A DNA stretch of 64,000 bases from Elusimicrobiota bacterium (GTDB lineage Bacteria > Elusimicrobiota > UBA8919): assembly GCA_041658185.1 (NCBI GenBank), contig JBBAAR010000002.1:143-64142 (forward strand), read 5' to 3'. This document shows positions 50,401 through 62,400 of the stretch, piece by piece. Position numbers and translations under genes: made by a program. The first letter of the stretch is position 1; each line of letters begins with the position of its first letter. The notes under the pieces are model-generated. The model worked only from the letters and a program-made list of their open reading frames with translations. It was not told where the DNA came from and searched no databases.

Positions 50401-53400
50401 GTTATTACTCCGTTGCGGAGTCGACATGGACGGGAAAGACCGGTTCTCCAAATTGGGCTGCCGCCGATTCCGCATTTTCTGTTGTTGTCAACATTACAGA
50501 TGGTCACTGGAACCTGGTTCCATCCGCCAATACAAGCGTCCGCCTTGAAACATCAGATACAAATGATGCCGACCCGTTCCCGTCAGCAGCCGGTGTCTCA
50601 ACCGTCGGCGGTACAACCAATATAAATGTAACTATGGTTACAATGGGAACATGGACGGTTACCGCCGTTACCGTTCCTCCTGGCGTCTATACATCAACTA
50701 CATCAAAAGGGATAAATATCAGACCCGGCGCCGCATCAAGATTCCAGGTTCTTGTGCCTAATCAGACGAATGCACCGGGAACTTCAACGGGCAAAACTGG
50801 AACCGTCGCTACGCAGACAGCCGGCATACCGTTCGGAGTTACCGTCTATTCAACGGATAACCTGTGGAATATAATCGGCACTACATACTATGTTCTTGTT
50901 GATATGGTGACAAACGACCCTTATGACATTCATCCGTCGTCCCAGCCGCTTCAGGACGCAACAACTTATTTTACAGTAACGCCTGTTACACAGCAGATAA
51001 CTACCTTGACTGCGCAGACAACTTGCGGACTAACGTTGAATAATTCAAGCACGATGACGGTAGTTGCCAATACTGCCGAACATTTCCTTTTGTTAATGCC
51101 CGGTGAGACAGCCGTGCAAGGTAAATGGAATGAAACACCATATGGTAAGACAAGTAATCCAACTGAACGGACAGCGGGTTCCCCATTTTATGTTACTGTA
51201 AGAGCGGTTGATGATTTCTACAACTGGGCGGCGGCGAGTTTCCTGGTGGATTTGGGTTGCACGGATTCTTACTGGTCCGCTCCCACGGCTAAACAACTTG
51301 TAAGCGGATATACGACATTCTATGTTACACTTTATACCGGTAATAACGGTGCAATGACAGGACCTGCTACACATCAAATTTGGGCTTGGGATAATGATCC
51401 TACGCCGCCGCCGGACGTTACCATTTCAAGTTCACCTGTGATTACTGCGGTTCCGGGAACGAGAAGTCGCCTGCAAGTGCTTATGCCCGGTGAAACGGCT
51501 GTTCCGGGTAAATGGTCAACTTTGCCATATGGAAAGAATGCTTCATTTGATTCATATGGAATACTTACTACCACCCAGACAGCAGGCAGTCCGTTTGTAG
51601 CGACTGTCAATGGCGTAGATGCACAATACAACCGTGTTTATAATGGTCTCGGCAGCGATGTCAGTGTTACAGTTCAGTTGGGCGACCCATATGATGTGCC
51701 TTCCAGTCAAAACAAGCCTCTGTCCAACGGGACAACTTTGTTCACATTTACACCTTTATTGGCAAATACAACAACCGATATATACTCGCAGGCAAGCGGT
51801 TACGGCGTATGGTATAGTACTTTTGTAAATGTTAAGCCGTCCGGTCCTTACCAGTTGCAGGTAATTCTGCCGGGCGAAACGGCTGTTGAGGGTCAGGGTA
51901 AAACCGGCTCTCCTACCGAAAGAACCGCCGGCAGTATATTTAAGATAACCGTCAACGGCGTAGATTACTCGTGGAACAAGATTATTACGGATACATCGTC
52001 AAAAATAAAAATTCAAACTCTTGACCCGTTTGATGCAACACTGCCGTCGCTGTTTTTACAGGCGGGCACGACTTATTTCCATCCGACGCTTGTTACCGCG
52101 GCGACATACTGGACGATAACCGCATCAACGGATACGACTGCCGCCGCCCAGAATTATCTGCCGAATACATCAACATTATTTACTGTCTCCGCCGCCGCTA
52201 AAGACCGTTTGCAGGTGCTTGTTCCGAATGAAACAGCGGTGCCCGGCGATTCGGCGAACAGCGGCAAAACCGGTTCAATTACTACAAAGACGGCCGGCGG
52301 GACATTTACAGTTACCGTCAACGGCTGCGATCAATTTTATAACAAGCAGACATCAGATAACAGTACTTCCTTAGTGTTGGAAGTAACGGATGGTTATGAC
52401 GAGCCGCCGACTCAAAATCTTGCTTTTTCACAGGGCCAGCAGACATTTAATATAACGCCGGTGTCCGTTTCAACATTTACTCAGGTGAAAGTAGTCGGCA
52501 GCGGTTATTCAGACGGCTGGTCGGGTCTTATAGATGTTACACACACCTCGCCGTATCGTCTGCAGGTAATTCTGCCCGGCGAGACCGCATTACCGGGTGA
52601 ATGGTCAGGTGGGTATGGTGCAATATCACCATATGGTAAGACAGGTTCACCCGCTGCACAAACGGCCGGCACTTTATTTACCGTTACTGTAAACGGTGTT
52701 GATATCTACTGGAATAAAATTACATCATTGCCCCAGTCAACATCAACTATAAAACTGGACACAAGCGATATCTATGACATAAACCCGACTAATAAAGCGC
52801 TTACGGACGGCTCAACTACCTTCTCTGTTACGCTTGTTACCGTTTCTACATACACCGTTGCCGTCGCTTCCGACGCTACCGTAAATTATTATCCGAACGA
52901 CCCGAACTCATCGGCGTTGGTTTCCGTCGGTCCGGGTGCAAAAACACAATTGCAGGTTTTGGTTCCGGGCGAAACTCAGGTCCCCGGCAAGTGGAACAAC
53001 GGAGTTAACCAGCCGCCATACGGAAAGACAGGTTCTCCGGATACTCAGCCGGCTGCGACATATTTTAAGGTAACCGTTAACGGATGCGATAACTACTGGA
53101 ACACCGTAACCGGTGATAATTCCGTGCAGGTTTGGGTAAATACGGATAATAACTTTGATGTGGTGCCTGCAACCACTACATTACAGGGTGGAACAACATT
53201 CTTCTGGCTCAATTTGAGAGTAACGGGATTAAGGAAAACAACCGGTTATGCGGAAAATGATGCGTATTCAATGGGCTCGTCAACATTTATACCGGTATCT
53301 GTCGGTGATTATAAGAAGCTGCAGATTCTGGTGCCTGGCGAAACTGCGGTTCCGGGTGATGTGGCTAATTTTGGCAAGACAGGTTCGCCTGCGACGATGA

Positions 53401-56400
53401 CTGCCGGCGTTCCTTTCACGGTGACTGTCAACGCCTGCGATGACGCATACAATATCAATCCAAGTATTGTCAGCCAAATTGATATTTGGACGACCGACCC
53501 GTATTCTAATTATTATTTGTCGGACGGCGAATCAAACGCAATTTTACAATCAGGGACAACATATTATCCGCTCACGATGGTAACTGCTTCGCTGTGGAGC
53601 GGAACGACTTATACTATAACAGCATATGATTTGGATAGTATCGATCCATTACATCCGCAAAATACTTCACCCGGTGTGCCGACAACTTACGGCGATGCCG
53701 TAAAATTACAGGTCTTGCTGCCGGGCGAGACGGCTGTCCCTGGTTCGCCAACCGGTAAAACGGCAGTAACGCCGTCAACACAAACGGCAGGGGTCCCTTT
53801 CATAATAACGGTTAACGGCGTTGACTCCAACTGGAACAGGAACCTTACTGTTGCCGAGCAGGTGACGATTCAGACGACGGATTTATACGATACGGCGCCG
53901 TCGGGCCAGGGTCTTGCTAACGGTACCACGACATTTTCTATTACGTTTAAAACCGGCGCCAAAGGACTTACGCCGCGAACTACTCATCAGATATGTGCCA
54001 CCAATCAGCCGGGTTATACGCTGGTTTCAAATACTTCAACTGTCGTTGCCTGCAAACCGGATTCCATTTCAAAACTTTTAATAATTCTGCCCGGTGAAAG
54101 CGCGGTTGCCGGAAAGAATACCGAACCGTACGGAAAGACCGGAAATCCCGGGAATTGGACAGTAGGCGCATCAACCGGTATAACAGTAGTTGCCTGTGAC
54201 AGCAATTTCAATGTCAAAGATGTCAACCAATCGGTACAGCCGAACGTGTATATTTCACTTTCGGACCCGTTTGATGAATCCAATCAAAATCTTTCACTTT
54301 ATGCGAATGGCTATAGAACATTTTCTGTTATACCTTTCACGGTAGGATTATGTTCTGCTACTGCGTGGTCTACCGGATACGAGCAATACACATCAACAAA
54401 AGTTACGGTTGTTGCAGGTGCAGCGACACAGTTGCAGGTTCTGGTTCCGGGAGAAACCGCTCGTCCCGGTGATACGTTAAACAGCGGGAAAACAGGCGTA
54501 CCTGATAGTGATGGGAATAATGCCAACGGTGTCCAGTCATTTGTTGCAGGAACTGGTTTTAAGGTAACTATAAATGCCTGCGATGACAAGTGGAATGTTA
54601 ATTCGGCTGATACATCAAACATAGAGATTACGACAACGGACAATTATGATACTGCTGACCCTGCGAGCAGAACACTTCAAGGCGGGGTGACATATTACAC
54701 TGCGACGTTCATAACTTCGGAAGGGGTGGGAAGCGGAATTACAATTACTGCTGTTGACAACAGCAGTCCGTTTATGAATCCCGGCACCTCTGCCAATGTC
54801 CCGATGGTTCCGGGAACACCGGAACGGCTACAAATACTTGTGCCGGAAGAAACACCGCTTGCGGGTTCTTCATCAGGTAAAACAGGCAGTATAGCAATAC
54901 AAACAGCAGGAATGCCGTTCACAGTTATCGTTCGTGCCTGTGATAGCAACTGGAATATAACACAATCATCGCCGATTGTTCAACTGACAACTTTTGACAC
55001 AAATGACATTGACCCGGTATCTTTCCAGTTGGAAGCGACCGGTACGAAGACGGCGAGCATCACTTTTGTAACGTCAGGAATTTCCTCTATGACAGTTGAT
55101 GACACCGAGGGATGGGGCTATACTTTTAATTATTATATCACGCCGCAAATCACTGTTAACCCGAGCGCTCCCGTTAAACTTCAACTTTTAATTCCGAATG
55201 AGACATCGCTTCCGGGTTCATCAAGCGGTAAAACCGGAACCGTTGCAAGCAGACAAGCGGGTCTGTCGTTTGATGTCACAGTGAATCTCTGTGATACCAA
55301 CTGGAACAAAGTGCCCAATCCCGCCAGTTATAATCCGGGTTCCTGGCAGAAACCGATACCGGATGTTAAAATAACCTCGCCGCTCGACGGCTACGATGTT
55401 GAGCCGGATACAAAAACGCTTGACCTCGGCTCATATATATTCAATATGACTTTGAGGATGGCATCCACACAGCATCTGAGAGCGGAAGATATTGACGGTC
55501 AGTCACCCGGTTATGCAGCCAACAATTCTTCAACTTTCTCTGTTACGCCCGCTGCCATTGCCGGATTACAAATACTACTTCCCGGCGAGACGGCAGTTCC
55601 CGGTTCCGGGGATTATACAATTGATCCAACAGGAGGCAAAACGGGTTCTCCTTCTAATAGAACCGCGGGAATACAGTTCACCGTCACCGTTTCCCTTGTT
55701 GACCAATATTTCAACGTAAGAACTGAAGATGATTCAACACATGTATGGGTTGAGACCAATGACCTTTATGACGCCCAGCCGACCACCCAGACGCTTAATG
55801 CCGGCATCGCATATCTCAATGATACAAAACTTGTAACAGCGACAACTTTTCATATATTTACAACGGGAAATGGTGTTAATCCGTCATGGAACATTTCAAG
55901 TCCGCTGTTCACCGTCGCATATTCAACGGCTACAAAATTGCAGGTAATTTTATCAGGTGAAACATCGGCACCGGGAAAACCGCCTTACACGGATAATACC
56001 GGTGGAAAAACTGGAACGCCTTCTACAAAGATTGCAGGCGCAGCATTTTCAATTACCGTTTATGCGACGGACGATTACTGGAACAGGATAACGGCAAATC
56101 CTCCAGATCCAATAAATATAGGAATAACATCACCCGACCCGCTGTTTATTCCGCCAACATCTGCAACTCTAAATAACGGTTTTAAGGAATTTAACATCGC
56201 AAACGGTTTAAGAACCGCATGGTCAACCAATACCGTCTGTGCATCCGATATAGACGGCACACTGCCAAACCTTGCCGCATCAACCTCAACAATAGTAAGG
56301 ATTTATCCTGAGCCGGCAGCATTTATGGCGTTTTCGCAGGTGCAGTCCGCTGCCGTTGCCGGAAGTCCGATATATCCGCGTCTGACCGTATATGATAAAT

Positions 56401-59400
56401 TCGGTAATGTATGCTCCACAGGCACGAATGTTTATACAAACAGTGTTATATTCTCTGTTCCTGCGGAGGAGATGTTCACCGGGAAACAGGAGCCGTCAGT
56501 TCCTGCAAACATCACATTTACTTCTCTTTATGCCGGCACTACCGTTCTTTACAGCGGTCATCCTTCCGGTCCTTATGTGTTAAAGAAGGCGGGAGATCTT
56601 CATATCCATGCTAATCAAGTCGGTAATGCGACAATTTCAACCAACAGACCTGCTTCTCCACCTACTACGTATTTCGGCTCCACTGACCCGACAATTACCG
56701 TCTCCGCAGGACCCATACAGGCGGTTCTTGTATCTCCGAATATATCCGCGGAAGACCCGACGAATGTTTCCCCCTCGCCGCCTGGCAGAAAACAGATAGA
56801 GGGGCAGGTTGTGGACGAGTTTGAGAACTCAATTTCTTCCGACGGGATTACTTGCTATATTAGCGTTGTTGACACGGGAACGTCCACAAATATCGGTAGT
56901 GTTAAAGATAACAGTTCCGTTGTCTGGACATCAACTACCACCGATACAGGCGGGAAAGTCGGCGGTGCGCTCGGTAATCTTTATTATTATGTTTCCACTA
57001 AAAAAGCTGATTTTGCAAGAATCTGGATAGCTACAATGACTGCCCCGTCGGATGTTTCACAATTTGTGAATCTGAAACAAAATATTTCGGCAAAAATGCT
57101 CACCATCGGCGGCAACCCGGAAAAACTTGTGTTTATTTCATCGCCGACATCTGCAACCGCCGGCAATTATTCCGAAAAGGTTAAATATATCATTGAAAGG
57201 CAGGACTCGTTTAACAACCCGACGGAGCAAATGCCTGCATCAGACATTTCGCTTCTTTTGCCTCCCGGCGAACTTACCACCCACACCAATTCAGGAAAAA
57301 CATATCAGTTAAATTTCGGCTTCCGTAATGCGGGCGACAATTTTATAAGCAGTGTAAAAATTCCATATGAAGATGCTGCGGCTGATGTCGGCGGCGCTCA
57401 ATATGTTGCCAGCCGCGCCGCATTCTGGTATAATGACGAGATGGCATCTGTCCCTGTAGGCGAGGATAGCAGAACAGGAACCTGGTCAATAACATCAAAA
57501 CTCGGAACATATGAGATAACACACAACCTCCCTGTCAATTCCGCGCAAGCGGTCAAGGTTGCTTTTGATAATCCGTCCCGGACGCTCACGGCAGGAAAAG
57601 CGAAATTAGGTGCCGCGGATGTCAATTTTGAGGTTGAACTGCAGGATAACTTTAATAACCCGGTGTTTTCAACCGCCCCCTTCGTTGTTAATCTCACTGT
57701 TGAAAGAACTGCATCCGCAAATAACGATGCCTACGGGTTTTCAAATTCAACCGTTACGGTTCAACCAATATATCCGACAGGGGGATTTGTAATACAGATT
57801 ACATCGGTCACAATACCTTTGGGATATTATTATGCAACATTCTATTATCTGGATACCTGCTCCACGGAGTTACAGGGTGTAGGAAAACCAAAAATAACTG
57901 CGACACCGCAGTGGGCGATAGCATCTTCCACAAACGGGCCGACTGTTATTGCGGATGGAATTGCCAAGATTGCCTTCCCGCAGACATATTACGGCAACCT
58001 CACGGCCGGGACAACTTCCGGCGCCATCTGGATTCAGACAAGAGACATATATTCCAATCCTTCGGCGGTAACCGCCTCCGAGGTGTTTGAGTTAACATCA
58101 AACGGAACCGGATTTAAGAAGTTTTATTCGCCTAACAGCGGCTGGTTGGTAGGAACCGGGCAGTGCAAGATGAATCTTGGTGAGAAAACAACATTTTTCT
58201 ACTATCTGGATGTTGTCGTCGCTACTCCTACGCTTTCCGCCGCGAGAAGCCCGTGGACAGCGGAAACCTCATCCATAACGGTAGTCGCCAGCAGGGTTGA
58301 GTCGCTTGCCATAGAGTTTTCTGGTGTTCAAAGCAGACGGCTTATAGCAGGTACAACCATACAATGTTATCCCGATTATAACACAACCGGTTCAACCGAT
58401 ACGAGGTTTATAGTAAGAACCCGCGACCTTTACGGCAACATTACTGCGCCTACAATAGATATGTATCTTGATATCCAGAGCAATTCGCTTGACGGTGATA
58501 TCGGCGATATAAACTTCAACTGGTACGGGTATAACGCCGCCGGTAAAATTCTTATTGCTTCAAATACTACTGATGGCGTATTCTATTACCGGGATGAGAA
58601 AACAGGTAATCCTATAATTACAATAGCAGAGAAGGCAGACCAGTTTGTTTATGATATTGTAAATGCTACGACATCGCCGACTATCACGCCTGCAAAAGCA
58701 TCTGATTTTTCAGTTGTGAAACAGGTTGAGAATATCTCCGTTAATACGCCTGCAAACGTTTTAATAATAGCAATAGATGATTTTGGAAATATTGCTGCGG
58801 GCGACTCAATAAACGGCAACTATTATATCGGAACCGCTTCATTCAGCGTGTCGGGTAAAGGAACCGTTACACCAAACCAATATACATTTACAACAGGTGA
58901 AAGCGGCGATAAAGGGCAGCACCCGATACAGGTTCAATCAAAGTATATTGAGCCGTTAAAAATATCTGCGACGGATTATGTTACAAAGACAGGTCAGTAT
59001 TCAAATGACCCAAATAATTGGATAACCGGCTGGACGGATGGCATGGGTATCCCCGGTAGCCCGGGTTCATCAACGGATTTATCAACAAAAGGCGGGTTAT
59101 TGGCCACTGATGACCAGGCGCCCGAACCTAATAACCTTGCCAAAATGGCGATTGGGATTGCTCAATATCTATATCAGGGCGATGGCTATAGAGCCGACTC
59201 ACCGGCGCCAAAAGCCATGGGGCGTCTCTCACTTAAAACGGTTCCCAGCGGGAATCTCTACTGGAATAACTTGAGGGTAGATCTGTCGTCAGGAACAGGC
59301 GGCTGCAGCGCTACCACCGGAGAGATAGGCGAGATTGCACTTTACAGAGATGCTAACGGCAACGGTTTATTTGACGGCGAAACATCACTTGGAGGCACAC

Positions 59401-62400
59401 CGGTTGATACATTTATTTCATCCGGCAATATAATATCTGATACCAATAAATATTGCATATTGGACCTTTCAGGCGATAAACTTCAAACTATTGGTCCGTC
59501 GGAGAGCGTCTACTTTGTTACCGTTAGAATACCGGTTGCCGCTACAAAGGAAAGGACTGTAGGAATAGGGATATATGGAACGGATAGTTTCGGCAAAGGT
59601 TCGGGTTCCGTTGACCTTGCAGCGAACGCAATACCGTTCATATCGTATAATTCCATAATCCAGACACAGCCGCCATATGTCACGGTAATTTCCTCGGATA
59701 TAGCCGCATGGTATCCCGGGACAGAGGGTACGAAACAATATCCGAACGTTCCGCAGGGAACATCCAATGTCGGTATTCTTAAATTGGGTATGTGGACAAA
59801 TGAATTCTCATCTTATTTAAGGAGAATCAGGGTTGCCGCGACCGGTACTGGTCCCGGCGCCGGTAGAACCTCCCAGGATATTGAATATGTTCAACTCTGG
59901 CTTGATAGAAATCAGAATGGCTTGTTTGACTATGCATTGGATAAACCTCCGGTTGCTACAGTCAACTTCTCAACTGGCACGACATGGATAGATATAGCGG
60001 ATAAGAATCCGCCGGATGGTATTAATGATAACGATGAGAATACAACAATTGATATTGAAGATTTGATAAATACAACCACAAGATACTACTTTATTGTTTA
60101 TAAAATCGGCGATAACGCACAGATTACCGATACAATAGGCGTAAAGATTCCTATTGACCAGATAATTTTACTGTCAGGCAGCGGTGCATTAGCGACGCAT
60201 GAAGAATTTCAGTCATCCCAGCCATCCGTCAGCCCGACCGTGGACCATTTGCGCCTTGAACCTGTAGTTTCAAATATGCCCCCCGACTTTGTTACCCAGG
60301 GCCAGCAAAATGTAGGGATGGGTGTATTTAAGTTAACTACATTACAAAATGCTGCTATATGGAAGAATCTTAAACTTGACCGTCTTGGCTTGGCGGGCAG
60401 TTCCGATGCGGATATAACGGGCGTCAAGGTTTGGTTAGATGTCAATAATAATGCGCTTCTTGATCCGACAAGCGACCAAGTGGTAGTGTTAAGTTCAAGG
60501 AAATTCGGCGAGGCGCCGGATGGTCCCGGACAGGCAACTCTTACAATTATCGGCCCATATGACGGTCAGGAAATAAAAATGGTTCCGAAACAATATATTG
60601 TGTCATATGATTTCTCATATTTTGCAACACTCGGTACCACCAATCTTGGATTTACAATCCCGACAACTGATTACATAGTTATTCTTTCGCCGGATATCGT
60701 TGATGTCTATAACAGTATCCCGCCGTTACCAAGAAACACGGGCGATATGAATGAATATCCGGATACCGTTGTGTGCACTCCGAATTCGTTGGCGCCGGTG
60801 ACTTTACAGCAGGGTGCAACAAATGTCGCGATGATTCGTTTCAATATGAAAACGACAAATTCCTGGGCGCCGTGGGAGAGGGTAAAAATTAAACGGCTCG
60901 GCAATTCCAGAGATACGGATGTCAGCAGTGTAAAAATAGTAAAGGATAACGGCGACGGTGTGTTCAATGTTAATATTGATACAATTATAGGAACCGGCTA
61001 TTTCAACAATAAGGGAATTCCCGGCGAGGCCGATGTGAGATTTTCAACCTGGCCGGTTAACTATACCCAGACAATTTCAACATATACCCGGTATTATTAT
61101 GTCGTCTATGATCTTTCAGATTTGGCGGTTCCGGATTTCTATATCGGTGCGGGGTTTGAAAATATTGATTCCACCTCAAGTGCCCTTGCCGCCCTCCAGT
61201 TTAGTTCCCTGGACAAACCGGAATATATTTCGGAGCCTAATGTTATGGGAACGACTAATCTGCCGTTCACAACATACACAGGCTTTCCGCAATCTCCTTA
61301 TACTTTACTTGTGCCGACGCCGCGAGTTGTTACCGTCGTGCCGACCGATCTTGAAAAGACGGTGTGTGCCCTCGGCGCCGGTATCGCTCTATCCGAAACG
61401 GATATTCCTATTTACCCCGCAAACGGCGGTGCCGAGGCGTTTGACCCGCATTCAGTTGAGGTCAGTCCCGGCGTCGGTGGCAGAAGAGTGCTTGTTGATA
61501 ATGAAGTTATCTATTACACCGCGGTCTCAACCGGTATTGATGTCACAAATTATCTTCGGAATGCATCTCGCGGTGACCCAACTCTTGCCAATTCAGTAGT
61601 TTCGGGACACAGCGCTAATACAACCATTTGGAAGGCGTTCATTCAATCGGAGCAGAATGTCCCGATGCTTAAACTTTCACTGTCCTGCAACGGCTATAAT
61701 GTCAAGTGGTCTCAGTTGCGTCTGAAGAGGGAAACTCTTGCCGGCGGGAATGTTCTTGACTCGGATGTCCTTGAAATAAAGGTCTGGCGCGATGCTGAAG
61801 GGTCCTACTACGGCAAATTCTCCGCGGATGATGTCTGTATTTCAACCGGGATTTACTATCCTTACAAGTTTGGCTCGCCTGGTTTCAATTATCAAGGAAC
61901 CGAAGGTATGGCTTATATTGATTTGGATGACCCTGAGTGGAAAACAAAATATACCCCCGGCGTGCCGGGAAGTTATGCGGTTATCACTACCACTCCGGCG
62001 ATTTACTATGTCACATTTGACATTTCGCAATCGGCGAGGGAAGATGATTCCATCGGCTGCTCCGTATTCGGATTCAAGGTCAACGACCCCAACACCGTTT
62101 CTGCACCGATTATCAAATCCGCCACACCTAAAATCAAATCAACAAGGGATATTATGGAAGTCCGTTGGGAAAACAGAGCCAAAGCCACAGTTCTTCAAGC
62201 AGCGGACAATTATGCAATGCTTGCCCTTGACCTGCAAACCGCCACTCGTGAAGCAATATGGACCGGTTTAAAAATTAAAAAGACCGGTCTGGCGATTGAC
62301 ACCGATGTGGATATAATAGACATCTATAAAGATACCAACTTTTCTAATGAACTGGAAGTATCTACTGTAACCGGTCAGGGTGATGAAAAACTTACGCTTA

